64,000 nucleotides of DNA from Octopus vulgaris (taxonomy: Eukaryota): contig OX597817.1 in the NCBI GenBank assembly GCA_951406725.2, positions 30,442,001 through 30,506,000 of the forward strand. The letters run 5' to 3'. A program made the translations under genes and the position numbers. The stretch's first letter is position 1, and each line of letters opens with the position of its first letter. The notes beneath the pieces are model-generated. The model did not search any database and was not told the DNA's origin. It saw only the letters and a program-made list of their open reading frames with translations. Of this stretch, positions 1 through 13,273 are shown piece by piece.

Positions 1-559
1 TTTAAAGAAAAAAATTTTCTCTTCTCTCTTTCTTCAATTAGAAAACGTTTGTTGGACATATTTTAAAGTTGGAAGTATTGACTAAAGATATTTATCACTA
101 TAGTCAAGCAGTTTATCCACTCAACCACAATATTTCATATTAAATATGTAAGATATTGGGAGCGCATACTGACATATACTATTGTAACTTATAACATCTT
201 AAGTTTAAACAGATTTAAATATGTATGTGGCACTATACCTTGATAAATAATAATCTACTGTAAGTAGTGTCTCCATAGTATATATTCTTCATTGTTAAAT
301 TTCCCACAAATTCCAATCTCCAATCCTTAAAAAGGAGCCACATATTGAATAATGCGATTCTAGGTACTGTACGTCTGAATAAAAAGAAGGGCTGGTCATT
401 ATTAAGTCACGTCTTTATCATAGTTGTACTTGACTAAAACAAACCCTGCGACTAAACAACATAACAAGAAGATCTACCTCAATATAAGGCATATCTGGGG
501 GAGCAGAATATGGTCCAGTCACTCATATAGTTAATCAGGTTATCCGAAGGCATACTCAA

Positions 560-1765
560 TGACTGGTGCAGAAGCATTTTAGTCAACCCCTTAGACAGAA
601 ATAATTAAAGGCGCGAAACTGTTGGACCGAGCCATGAAAGTTACAGAGAGGATCACAACTCAAATAATTAGGAAGAGAGCTAGCCTAGATGATATGCAGT
701 TCGGTTTTATGCCAGAGAGAAGCACTACTTATGTTATCTACCTACTAATGTAACTTCAAGAAAACCTTTGTATTTGGCTTTTGTAGACCTAGGGAAATCT
801 TTGGCAGAATCCCCCCTCCATCATCTGGTGGTCAATGCAGAAACTAGGGATAGATAAGTGGTTGGTGAAAGCAGTACAAGCCATGTTGTCAGTAAAATGA
901 AGGTCGGCAATGAATAATCAGCAATAAATTTAGTGTACAAGTAGGAGTTCACCAAGGATCGGTTTACAACCCCTTCATGTTTATCATGCTCCTTCAGGGC
1001 ATAACAGAGGGATTTAATACTGGCTGCCATTAGGAGTTCCTCTACGCTGATGACATTGTTCTTATAGCTGAATCACTATCTGAACGAGAGAGGAAACTTC
1101 AGGTGCGGAAGCAACGTCTGAAATATAAGGGCCTTCGACATGATCCAGTTAAGACCAAAGTCATAGTAAGTAGGAAAACAGACAAATCTCAAATCCCTTC
1201 GATATGTGGGAAAGGTGTTGGTAGTATCTCCATACGGTGTTCCCAGTGCAAGCTATAAGCACATAAGAGGCGCAGCAGTATCACGGAAAGGTTAACAAAA
1301 AAAAAACAGTCTTTGTGTGTATGGCAGATATGTAGGTACAATAAACACTAAGAATGTACGGAGAATAGATTTCCTCAGATGTTCTAGAGGTTTTTTAGAA
1401 GTACTAGATAGCTTCCGTTAGCAGCAGAGGAGCAGGTTCTGAAAGCGTAGTTGCTAGAATAAGAACAGGCCTTGCAAAGTTCAGAGAGCTACTAACTTTG
1501 CTGGTAACAAAGGGCCCCTCCTTAAGGGTGAAGTTTAGATTGTATAATGCCTGGGTACGTACAGCTAAACTACATGTCAATAAAACATGGGCTATGACTA
1601 CAGAGGACATGCGAAGGCTTGAAAGAAATGAAACCAGCAGATTTCACTGGATGGGCAATGTCAGTGTGCAAATGCAGCAGAGTGTAAATGACTTAAGAGG
1701 ATAATTGAATATAGGAGGCATCAGATGTAGTGTGCAAGAAAGAAGACTACGCTGGTTTGGTCATG
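560..1765 (+). mobile_element. Decayed RTE-clade LINE, reverse transcriptase and C-terminal region
   Basis: Motifs readable across frameshifts and stops: MQFGFMP (~694), VGVHQGS (941), LYADD (~1040), RLRWFGH (~1744). Confidence 0.85.
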
Positions 1766-1817
1766 ACACGTTGCCGTTCTTACATTCAGATATGTCTTCT
1801 GCGTCTCTCTCCCTCTC

Positions 1818-1869
<52 letters not shown>

Positions 1870-1884
1870 AACCGAGAAGTCTTT

Positions 1885-2078
1885 CCTCATGTGCCGGTGT
1901 CGCGTAAAAGCGCCTGTGTTGGTGCCACATTAAAAGTATCAAGTACACTCTGTAAAATGGTTGGTGCTAGGTAGGGCATCCAGCTGTAGAAACCATACCT
2001 AAAAAGATAATTGAAGCATGGACATCTCTCTAGCTGGCCAGCCCATGTCAGCATGGAAAGCAGTCGTTAAATGATGAT
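1885..2078 (+). mobile_element. Probable RTE-type 3' UTR ending in (TGA)n
   Basis: Follows the RTE ORF after a (TC)n tract and ends cgttaaatgatgat. A related decayed copy lies on the minus strand near 59020-59160. Confidence 0.55.
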
Positions 2079-2099
2079 ATATGTGTGTGTGTGTATGTA

Positions 2100-2187
2100 T
2101 ATACATATACATACATACATACATGCATACATACATACATACATACATGCATACATACATACATACATACATACATACATACATACA

Positions 2188-2223
<36 letters not shown>

Positions 2224-2249
2224 TATATTTTAAAAACAAGAGAAACTAC

Positions 2250-2290
<41 letters not shown>
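2100..2290. repeat. (TACA)n and (TA)n microsatellites
   Basis: Seen directly. Confidence 0.95.
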
Positions 2291-2291
<1 letters not shown>

Positions 2292-2333
2292 CAATAATAA
2301 TTCTCTAAAAGGGATATAGACAGTAACTGCTCG

Positions 2334-2719
2334 ATAACATAAGGGACTAAAGCCATCTGAATATGGCTAGGGACAGGGCAGGGTGGTGGGGGTGTTACTG
2401 TTGCATTTAGCCCAGGCGAACATCGACGTCACCAGAAAGGCTCGACACGTCACGGTGCCCTAAACCTGCAAAGGGAAGTAATTCCCCGGGGAATTACCTC
2501 CCTTTGCAGGTTTAGGGCACCGTGACGGTGTCGAGCCTTTCTGGTGACGTCGATGTTCGCCTGGGGCTGGAATTACCTCCCTTTGCAGGTTTAGGGCACC
2601 GTGACGGTGTCGAGCCTTTCTGGTGACGTCGATGTTCGCCTGGGGCTAAATGCAACAGTAACACCCCCACCACCCTGCCCTGTCCCTAGCCATATTCAGA
2701 TGGCTTTAGTCCCTTATGT

Positions 2720-2722
<3 letters not shown>
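2334..2722. repeat. GC-rich long palindrome with an internal ~79-bp tandem duplication, between (TA)n tracts
   Basis: The left arm 2334-2485 is the near-perfect reverse complement of the right arm. The segment ggaattacctccc...ctggggct occurs twice in the right arm. Confidence 0.92.
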
Positions 2723-2751
<29 letters not shown>

Positions 2752-5700
2752 CGTGTGTGTATACAAAAAAAGAGAGAGAGAGAAAGAGATATGAATATAT
2801 GTACGTATGTTTGTTCATACTTCTAAATGTTATTGCAGTGACCTCATCTTCAACAGCAGTAACTTTGCTCACATATTGTAGGATTGCCTATTTTACTTTT
2901 GCGCTGTATAATGACAGCAGTCCTGAGTGCAATGTTGGCAAACGAGCATGACAAGCAGGAGTTCTGAAGCAGACAAAGCTGAAATTCTGTGATGAGTACA
3001 CAATATTTTACAGACAAGCAATTGTGGATCACGCGTCTTGTAAGCTCTTACCGGAAACATTAACATCATTGGTGGAGTTTTAAGTTTTACTTTCTAATAG
3101 CTTTAGGGTAATTCAGCCTGGTATTTCAAGAAACATGTCTTCTGATAATTAGCCAGAGGGGCTGCTGGTATTTGACAGCTAGAAAAAAAAGTATTGATAT
3201 AATTTTTCTAGTACCCGCAGGAAAAGATCATCCCTCTCATCGTAGCCATTAGAGTTATGACGCGTTGCCAAGGGACAAATTGTTATTGTTATTGTTGTCT
3301 AGACCCATCTTTCTTAACAACATTATTTCTATGACTACATTATCCACTCTTTTAAGATGGCAAATATTTGATTTCAGAGGTGGGTCACTTGATTGATATT
3401 TCTACTTCTGGTAGATTGTAGAGCAACGTATGGCTTCCACCATTGACTTGCATGGGTGAGGAGAAACAAATTATTAAATTTTGTGGTTGTAGATATGCTA
3501 CTGTCATATTATTGTTGATCAACGGCTTTTAATCTTTTACCATCACGACCTATTTTGGCAAATCACATCCTCCGCATCACCTTTATTAAAAATTCAAAGA
3601 AACAATTTTCTAAAGATTGAATACATTAATATTTGATACTTTTCGTTAGTGAAGTATTACTAAATTTTTGTTTGCGATAAATATCTTGTTGCTCTTATAT
3701 ATATATGGCCTATTTATATAACATATTCATGAATATCGCATATTTTATCAAATATCTCAGAAAAAGAATGTTTGTTTTCTTGACTATTTCAGAATTATAC
3801 TGCAACAAAATTTGAATCACGACCGATAGCGAAGCGTTACTCTATAGATAAAAATTATAGCTTAGGATTTTTCAGGAAAACATTGTTTTTGGCATACATT
3901 GTAGAGATGTGCAGTTTTATTTACATTGCAAAAATGCAGCATACAGTGAACATTTACATTATTGTATTAGATCAATTTGCATTGTGAATTGTAACTTAAT
4001 TACTAGCGATGCATATCAAATTATACACTGCACATCATACAACTTGCTTATGCTGAGTAACATGCAACAGAAGAAAATTTTTCTCATTACATTTCCAAAA
4101 AATATAGAGAAGTAGGTGCAAAATTACATTTAGCTACTTGTATATGAAAAACAGGTTCACATACGTACCATACGTTTGAGAATATTTCGTTATGACGTTT
4201 GTATGATTCAGTTTATGTGCTTACATATCCCTTTCATACATAGTTGTACATATTATCCCTCCCAGGTCCTAAAATAATCAGTTTCGAAAATTCTGTTGTC
4301 AAGAATATGAGCTTACTTGATTCAAAAATATCTGCATAAATTTTAATCAAATATTAACTATTCGAAAACCCACCCAGTTATCCCTGTACATTCGCTTTTG
4401 AAGAATACCTTTTAAGATTAGGGATACTACTTCTCAGCTAACAATATCTGTGGGAAATTGTGTTTTTCAAGCAATCACTCTTACTCCTTCCCAAAACAGT
4501 CTCAAACCAATAACCGAAATCACACAGTAAACTTTCTGCCCATCTCACACAACACAAGCACTATATAAACGCCACCCATTAAATCATCACAAACCAGACA
4601 GTATATAATCTACATAATCGTTTATCAAATAAAATAACACAATAAATAAAAATAATTCTACGTAAGACACACTCGATATAACAGTCACGAATAATCCAAC
4701 CAGCTTCTATAAAATTACCATAGAATAACACTATAACACAGCTCACACAACACACAATACAACAACACCCAATACAACCAAAACAAAATCTCACACAGCG
4801 CATGCTCTGCACAAGGGAACAAAACGTTAAGTAACACCAGAAATAAAACAAAAAAGCTCATAATAAATCTGATGTAATTCAGAAATACAAACCTACACTG
4901 TTCCAAACATAACTGAATGGAACCCTTGAACAAAATGCGTTGCACTACAATTTGGATATTTTGTTAATAAAAAGTTGGTTTGTCTTTCGAACGACCATGG
5001 GTCTTATATTGTCGTCACCTACTCGTTACGTTTTAAACGTCTTTGAGTCCATTCCTTCACTGTTGGGTTTTCTTTCTTTTTTCAATAGATTTCCTCACCT
5101 CTTTATCTTCCATTATGCTTCCATTGTCAGAAGACGATGTGATTGAGATAACAGAAGAATCCCATTTGTCGAGTTTGAGGATCGAGGACAAGAGGGATAG
5201 TTCAGTCCGTCTTTCAAAGTTAGGGCCAGTGCTGCATATTATTATTGCTACTGTTGACCACTCCCCTCCTCCTCTCTGTCATTGCTAGCCATGGTCGCGT
5301 GGAAGGGATAACTAGTAACGAACATAAAATACCGGGCACGAAATGATATCAGTTGCCACCGACAGCAATGCTACTGAAGCAGATGTTTCTAGAAATTATA
5401 CTTTCACCATTTTTCTAGCTCTTCAGTAAAGTAAGTCCCTGAGAGACTTTTACTGCCGCAAAATTTCTTTCTGACTCAGCTCTCACAAATAAGATCGTTT
5501 CTGCATGAGCCTTATGATCTTCAGGGATTATAAGAACAGAAATATTTACATTGACACCTCGTGACTAAGTATAATTGTTCGCTATTTCTTCGTAATGCGA
5601 ATAACTATGCATTACGAACAAATAGTGAGATAACGTAATGAGCCTCGATGGCGAAATAGAATTATTGATTTACAAAGGCGAAACGAACAAAGGGGATAAA

Positions 5701-6899
5701 CGTCACTTTCTAGACCATAGACTATCACTCTTCTATTATACTGCGCCATGTACTTAGACACAAGATTATGACAGTTATTTTGTTAACATCTGCCCATACC
5801 GCAATTTCAATACTGAAGGTTAGTTCCATAAGTTTTGTTCTTTACTACATACAATATACTGTTCCAGACATCTTCCTGGGTCTCCCTTAATTGGTTCTTT
5901 AAGGGTATAAAGAAAATCCCATCTTTCATTCTTGAGAAAAACATAGATCAGTTTTGCTTCTGCACGCTTCTGAATTCACTTTTCTGTTGAGATACAGTTC
6001 TTATGAACACAACTTCAGCACTGGCCTATTCGGATTGTTTTTTGTATTGAAATACACGGCGTAGGAGGCGAGGCCAGTACTAGAGTGAAACGATATCGTT
6101 TGGTGGTATTTATGCCTTAGTGTGACAGTAAATGTTGTTCTCGCGTAGCGAAATCACCAAATCACTTAATTGCATTTTTTTTTCTGAAAACACGTCATTT
6201 TTAAAACCATGTTAATATTTTTCTGCTGTGCATCTGCAGAAGTGTTTGATTGTTTTTCTGTTTGGTTTATATTACTTTCTTGACTGGTAGCTTTGAAAAA
6301 AGTAGTCGAAACGAATGTAATTTAATATGTTCCAATAAATTTGAAATAAAGTCCTCTTTCTTACGTCAAACAATTAAATAAAACCATTTACATTGTAAAA
6401 TAGGGCAACTTGAAAAATAAAAAAATTAGAGATTCATCTAATTTCTTTAAAAACAGACGTTAACATACACCTTGAGAAAAGGTGTTAATGTCTATTTGAT
6501 GTCAAATCGAGATATTAAGAAATAAGATGCTCATTAGAATATTTTTTCAGTAACAAAATAAAACTTAGTAACTTTAAATACCTGAATGCACGTGTAAGAT
6601 CTTATCTAATATTTCAAGGCTTTTGGACAGCTTTCCATGAGTGAATAAAGAGGGCGAAGAGAAACACATCTACTTATGCCAATAGTAATAATAATGTGCC
6701 GGAAGCTTATAGGAAACTCATGAGTTATTTTTGATTTATAAGTTTCGATAAGAGGAATTGTCTTCATCAAATTTCTCGCAAGTAAGAGAGCACTGGTGAT
6801 TGACACAGAAGCGTAAATCACGTATATATCTGGCTTTACAAAAAAATTTTTAAAAAACCGTAATGAGAGAATCAGAGCGGATAAGTGTGTCAAAGAAGG

Positions 6900-7500
6900 T
6901 TGTTCTTCATTACTTTCACCATCATCTTTGAAATATTGGAAATGAATGCTATAAAAATAGTAGCTGATACAGTCAGAAGTGCTGTCTTTCTTGAAAACTG
7001 GAGCATGCTGTAACATGTTTCCAGCGACCTAAATATTATATACTTGTATAAAGGAAGGAATTGAAGAAGTTGGCAAAGATACGGACTTAATCTGGTGCAC
7101 CTTGTTTGAGAGTAATAGAAGCGACAGTGTCAGAATCGGTGACTATGTTTGGAATAGAATAGTACTTTCGCAACAACCATATATGATGAGTCCATATTGG
7201 TAAGCCTGATAGTGTAGAAAAGATAGTTTTGGAAGTGACTTACTATGTGTGTGAAGTGTGGAGGTGTATGCAAAACGAGCAGAAATATAAAGCTTTTTTT
7301 TCCAGGTGTATTGCTTGTGATTTGCATGTAGCCTGAACAACAAAGACACGCGATAAGGACACTTTGTGGCTTGCATGTTAGACATAAGTTCAGGGGCGTA
7401 GATTGCATTGCAGTCTATGAATATTGAGAAAAAGGATGTAGAATTGTTTAACAAGCTTAGTGATTCTCTCGACACCTAAAGAACATGTCAATCTGTCATG
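6900..7500 (-). mobile_element. Possible highly decayed CR1/L2-group LINE C-terminal fragment
   Basis: The translation contains TWK and YQYGLIIYG, resembling the post-RT region of CR1/L2-group elements. Weak. Confidence 0.25.
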
Positions 7501-7781
7501 AATTCCTGATATATTTGCTGGACCGAGGTCTCAATGCTTTCGACAGAGCGAACTCTTATAAATGCAATCATGGCCCAGGAAGTAACATTGAACTTGGCAA
7601 CGTCAAATTCCTACCATCCAAATTATGAACGATAAAAATATTAATCACAAAGATTTAAAGTTTTAACGTAATGCCATATTTGGACTTCAGTATTTGACTG
7701 GCACTTAAAGATCCATAGGTAAATATCTCAAGATATTTTATTCATCACTTTACTTTTCATGGCATTCGCAGCTCCGTAATG

Positions 7782-7849
<68 letters not shown>

Positions 7850-7875
7850 TAGAAGAAGAAGAAGAAGAAGAAGAA

Positions 7876-9404
7876 TTCTGATTCTGAGGAAAGCAAAGGG
7901 TGGGTATATATTCAAAAGCCTCCAACAAAAAGCCAACCACTTGTTATTCATGGATGACCTCAAACTCTATGGTAAAGATGAATCCCAAGTCAGTTCCCTC
8001 TTTGATACGGTGTATACTTTCAGTGCTGATATCAGAATGAAGTTCGGACTGAAAAATGTGGTGTATTAGTCTTGAAGAGAGGCAAGAGCAAATGTATGGA
8101 CGGGCTAGCGATATCGTTAAGGGAGGTTATGAAGCAAATAGAAGAGACGGGCTATAAGTAATTGGGGATATTGGAAATGGATAAATTTGATGCAGAAACA
8201 AATGATAGAAAAATTTAAGGTGGAGTACTTGCACAGACTGAGACTGATCCTTAAGCCGAAATTAAACGGGCGGAATAAGATTGAAGCTATCAACACCTGG
8301 GTGGTTTCACTCCTTAGATATGGAGCAGGGGTAATTGCATGGACAGTAGACGAACCAAACAACTTAGATAGAAAGACAAGGAAGTTGCTGTCTGGATATA
8401 GGATACTCCACCAAAAAAGTGACACAGAGAGACTCTATGTACCAAGAAAAATAGGCGGAAGAGGACTTATTAGATGCGAAAACTGCATTAGAGCAGAAGA
8501 AAACAACATAGCATAGTATGTAAAAAATGCCACAGAACCGCTATTATTGGAAGTAAGACGGTCAGGCTTGTGTAGGATAGAAGAGTGCAAAGATAAAGCA
8601 CTGTACAAGCACTTGATAATGGAAATAGGTAGATAAAGAAAAGACATGGACATAGGGATGCTGAAGATAAGACCGACAGAGAAAAAAGACGGCTATGGAT
8701 GACTAAAAGGGATTTAAAACCGGAAACGGAGGCTCCAATCTGTGCTACTAAAGAGCAAGCATTAAGAACCAAATACATAAATACAGAACAGACAACAGAT
8801 CAGAAAGAGATAAGTGCAGAATTTGTGGACAAAATGGTGAAACCGTATGGCATATTATATCAGTCAATGTACGCCACAAGTGCAGAATGAATATAAGAGA
8901 CGTCATGACAATGTAGCAAGCATTGTCCATTGGACACTTTGCAACAAATATGGACTTAGACCAGAAATGTGGTACGAACATAAACCCGAAGGCATCATCG
9001 AAAATGATAATGCAAAGATCGTATGGGGTTTTACGATTCAGTGTGACCAAGAGATAGAGAGCAGGAAAGCAGACAGAGTCTTAACTGAGTAAGAAAGCAA
9101 ACGATGTTGGATCATAGATATAGCATGCCCAGCTGACAACAAGGTATGCGATAAAGAAGAAAGAAAAGTCGATAGATATAACAGGTTAGCTTGGGAGGTT
9201 AAGCAGTTGTGGTCGCTGAAACGGTAGTAGTGGTATCAATAAGTCGAAGCCATGGGAACAATGAGTAAAAATCTCGAGAAGTACATAGAAGAAATAGGGG
9301 CTGCAATAAGGGTAGAGCACTTGAAGAACACAGCACTGCTTAGTTCACTGGTAGTGAACAGCTGACACCATAGTACATCTCCAGTGTCAGAAGCTGTGCA
9401 AAAT
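7876..9404 (+). mobile_element. 5'-truncated R4/Dong-clade non-LTR retrotransposon (RT, CCHC knuckle, restriction-like endonuclease) inside (TAA)n
   Basis: NHLLFMDDLKLYGK, AINTW..LLRYGAG, RLYVPRKIGGRGL, CRICGQNGETVWHIISQC, RHD and IIDIACP.D motifs. Flanked by (TAA)n at ~7782-7849 and ~9412-9476. Confidence 0.9.
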
Positions 9405-9410
9405 TAATAT

Positions 9411-9475
<65 letters not shown>

Positions 9476-9476
<1 letters not shown>

Positions 9477-9670
9477 CCTTTCTACTATAGGCACAAGGCC
9501 TGACATTTGGGGGAGGAGGATAGTCGATTAGATCGACCCCAATACTCGACCCCGAAATGATGAAAGGCGGTAAAGTCGACCTCGGTGGAATTTGAACTCA
9601 GAACGAAAGGACAGACAAATACCTCTAAGCATTTAGCCCGGCGTGCTAACAATTCTGCCTCCTCGCCGCC

Positions 9671-9672
<2 letters not shown>
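9476..9672 (-). mobile_element. tRNA-derived SINE with Nin/Deu-like core (family N), in (TAA)n
   Basis: Head ggcggcgag..gcagaa, B box gagttcaaattcc, core gtcgacttt..ctttcatc..gggtcga. Many copies in the window. Confidence 0.8.
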
Positions 9673-9741
<69 letters not shown>

Positions 9742-10647
9742 TCTTTCTACTATAGGCACAAGACCGGAAATTTTGGGGACGGGGCTATTCCATTACTTTG
9801 ACCCCAGTCCTCATGGTGGTTTTTTTAGTAATGCTATCATAAATGGCAATAAACAAGTGTTATTTTATTTTACACTAGTTTGTTGAATAATGTAGTATGA
9901 AAAGACAATATTAAATTCTCGATGTACAGTATGCAGTCATTTGAGTATCTGAAAATTAAAACTAAGCAACACAGCGAATGAAACATTAAATTCAGATACT
10001 ATAAGTTATATATCTGTATGAGAAATTACGAGAGAGGCAAAGAAGGAAAAAGAAAAAAAGGAAAGAAAGAAAGAAAGAAAGAATGAGAGAAAGACATTTT
10101 GAAATCCATGGAAATACATTTGTTTGTAAATATATCAGTTTAAATGTCATATTGCCAATGCTTTCTCATTGTTTGTTTCTACAATTTGGAAACATAACAA
10201 ATTGATAAAAAAAAAAAAATTAAACGCCGTTCAGAAAATGTCAAACAGCTTTATCTTCAGAGATGATGATTCTCATAATGCAAATAATGTATAAGTATTC
10301 ATGATAATTCCAAATATGTAGTGGACTAAGATGGCTAGCATTGAATATAGGAGTGCTGCTAAACATGGTAGGCAGCTCAATACAAACTTAATTTATACGT
10401 ACATCGCAAGCTAGTTTCGTCTAATAAAAGTCACCGGAGTTTGTAGATACTAAAGCAATGTGATGGAGTAGGGACTCTCTTCACGCAAAGAAACAAGCAA
10501 TAATAACACGTATCATAATATACAGCGTTTATAAACATAGATATTGCTCGTTTCAGTTAAAGTACAGTATAGTGAGGAAAGTGTGAACCGAGAAGAAAGA
10601 ATTTAGATATGTACTATTATTAATGTCGCCTGAATATATGTGTCGCT

Positions 10648-12556
10648 AATACTAGTGTTGTGGAGGCGCGTGGCTTAGTGGTTAGAGTGTCAGCATCATG
10701 ATCGTAAGATTGTGGTTTCGATTCCTACACCGGGCGACGCGTTGTGTTCTTGAGCAAAATCCTTCATTTCACGTTGCTCCAGTCCACTCAGCTGGCAAAA
10801 ATGAGTAACGCTGCGATGGACTGGCGTCCCGTCCACCTGGAGAACACATACGCCATTGAAACCGGGAAACCGGGCCCATGAGCCTGGCTAGGCTTTAAAA
10901 GGGCGCATTATTATTATTAATACTAGTGTTGTGGAGGCGCGTGGCTTAGTGGTTAGGGTGTCAGCATCATGATCGTAAGATTGTGGTTTCGATTCTTACA
11001 CCGGGCGACGCGTTGTGTTCTTGAGCAAAATCCTTCATTTCACGTTGCTCCAGTCCACTCAGCTGGCAAAAATGAGTAACGCCGTGATGGATTGGCGTCC
11101 CGTCCTGCTGGGGAACACATACGCTATAGAAACTGGGAAACCGAGCCCATGAGCCTGGCTAGGCTTTAAAAGGGCGCATTATTATTATTAATACTAGTGT
11201 TGTGGAGGCGCGTGGCTTAGTGGTTAGGGTGTCAGCATCATGATCGTAAGATTGTGGTTTCGATTTCTACACCGGGCGACGCGTTGTGTTCTTGAGCAAA
11301 ATCCTTCATTTCATGTTGCTCCAGTCCACTCAGCTGGCAAAAATGAGTAACGCCGCGATGGACTGGCGTCCCGTCCTGCTGGGGAACACATACGCTATAG
11401 AAACTGGGAAACCGAGCCCATGAGCCTGGCTAGGCTTTAAAAGGGCGCATTATTATTATTAATACTAGTGTTGTGGAGGCGCGTGGCTTAGTGGTTAGGG
11501 TGTCAGCATCATGATCGTAAGATTGTGGTTTCGATTCCTACACCGGGCGACGCGTTGTGTTCTTGAGCAAAATCCTTCATTTCATGTTGCTCCAGTCCAC
11601 TCAGCTGGCAAAAATGAGTAACGCCGTGATGGATTGGCGTCCCGTCCTGCTGGGGAACACATACGCTATAGAAACTGGGAAACCGAGCCCATGAGCCTGG
11701 CTAGGCTTTAAAAGGGCGCATTATTATTATTAATACTAGTGTTGTGGAGGCGCGTGGCTTAGTGGTTAGGTGTCAGCATCATGATTGTAAGATTGTGGTT
11801 TCGATTCTTACACCGGGCGACGCGTTGTGTTCTTGAGCAAAATCCTTCATTTCATGTTGCTCCAGTCCACTCAGCTGGCAAAAATGAGTAACGCCGTGAT
11901 GGATTGGCGTCCCGTCCTGCTGGGGAACACATACGCTATAGAAACTGGGAAACCGAGCCCATGAGCCTGGCTAGGCTTTAAAAGGGCGCATTATTATTAT
12001 TAATACTAGTGTTGTGGAGGCGCGTGGCTTAGTGGTTAGGGTGTCAGCATCATGATTGTAAGATTGTGGTTTCGATTCTTACACCGGGCGACGCGTTGTG
12101 TTCTTGAGCAAAATCCTTCATTTCATGTTGCTCCAGTCCACTCAGCTGGCAAAAATGAGTAACGCTGCGATGGACTGGCGTCCCGTCCACCTGGAGAACA
12201 CATACGCCATTGAAACCGGGAAACCGGGCCCATGAGCCTGGCTAGGCTTTAAAAGGGCGCATTATTATTATTAATACCAGTGTTGTGGAGGCGCGTGGCT
12301 TAGTGGTTAGGGTGTCAGCATCATGATCGTAAGATTGTGGTTTCGATTCCTACACCGGGCGACGCGTTGTGTTCTTGAGCAAAACACTTCATTTCACGTT
12401 GCTCCAGTCCACTCAGCTGGCAAAAACCAGTAACGCTGTGATGGATCGGCGTCCCGTCCACCTGGGGAACACATACGCTATTGAAACCGGAAAGCCGGTC
12501 CCATGAGCCTGGCTAGGCTTTAAAAGGGCGCATTTATTTTTTTTTAATACCAGTGT
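10648..12556 (+). repeat. Tandem array of 7 complete tRNA-derived SINEs (~271-bp unit, head A + tail 1)
   Basis: Units start at ~10648, 10918, 11189, 11460, 11731, 12001 and 12272. Each has an A box (tggcttagtgg), a B box (ggtttcgattcc/t) and begins taatac(t/c)agtgtt, which also follows the last unit. Confidence 0.95.
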
Positions 12557-12754
12557 TATGCGCCATGTGGATAAATTATATTTTGTAACGTTGAATGAAA
12601 TGCTCTTAGTTAATAATCATACAAGAGGTGCATGGGCATTGAAAAATCCTCTAAAGAAAGATGCTTAAATCTCCAAGTCCTCCCTTTGTGAATTGTGAAG
12701 TTGTGGAGATTTTGAATGTGTCTATGTTTATGTGTATGTATGTGTGTTTGTGTG

Positions 12755-13060
12755 AGGGCGCAATGCCTCAGTGGTTAGGGCAGCAGACTCGCGGTCGGAA
12801 GATCGCGGTTTCGATTCCCAGACCGGGCGTTGTGTGTCCTTATCGAGCGGAAACACCTAAAAGCTCTACGAGGCTCCAGCGGGGGCTGGTAGCGACCCCT
12901 GTTGTGCTCTTTCGCCACAACTTTCTCTCACTCTCTCTTCCTGTTTCTTGAGTAACCCTGCGATGGACTGGCGTCCCGTCCAGCTGGGGGGAACACATAC
13001 ACCACAGAAACCGGGAAACCGGGCCCATGAGCCTGACTAGGCTTGAAAAGGGCGAAGAAA
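12755..13060 (+). mobile_element. tRNA-derived SINE, head B + tail 1
   Basis: The 5' half matches the SINE at 57840. The 3' half (gcgatggactggcgtcccgtcc...aaagggcg) matches the array unit. Confidence 0.88.
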
Positions 13061-13273
13061 AAGGAATGTGTGTTTGTATGCAAATATACACACATTTGTT
13101 TGTACACATATATTGGGATGTGCTTGTTCGTAATAATAGCGTGAAACAAAATATATTCAATTTTTAAACCTAAGTTTAACTAGTATCGGCCTGCCATACA
13201 TTGTCTTTATAAAGAGAAATTTTGCATGTATACTAAGAGTTAAAGCATTAGTATAACAATGTACTGATTTGTC

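Noticed and set aside
6606-7016. 136-aa minus-strand ORF
   Set aside because: No recognisable domain, and composition typical of chance AT-rich ORFs.
10648-12556. Array as a CRISPR locus or tRNA gene cluster
   Set aside because: There are no variable spacers or cas genes. The tRNA-like heads lack a full cloverleaf and continue into SINE bodies found dispersed elsewhere in the window.
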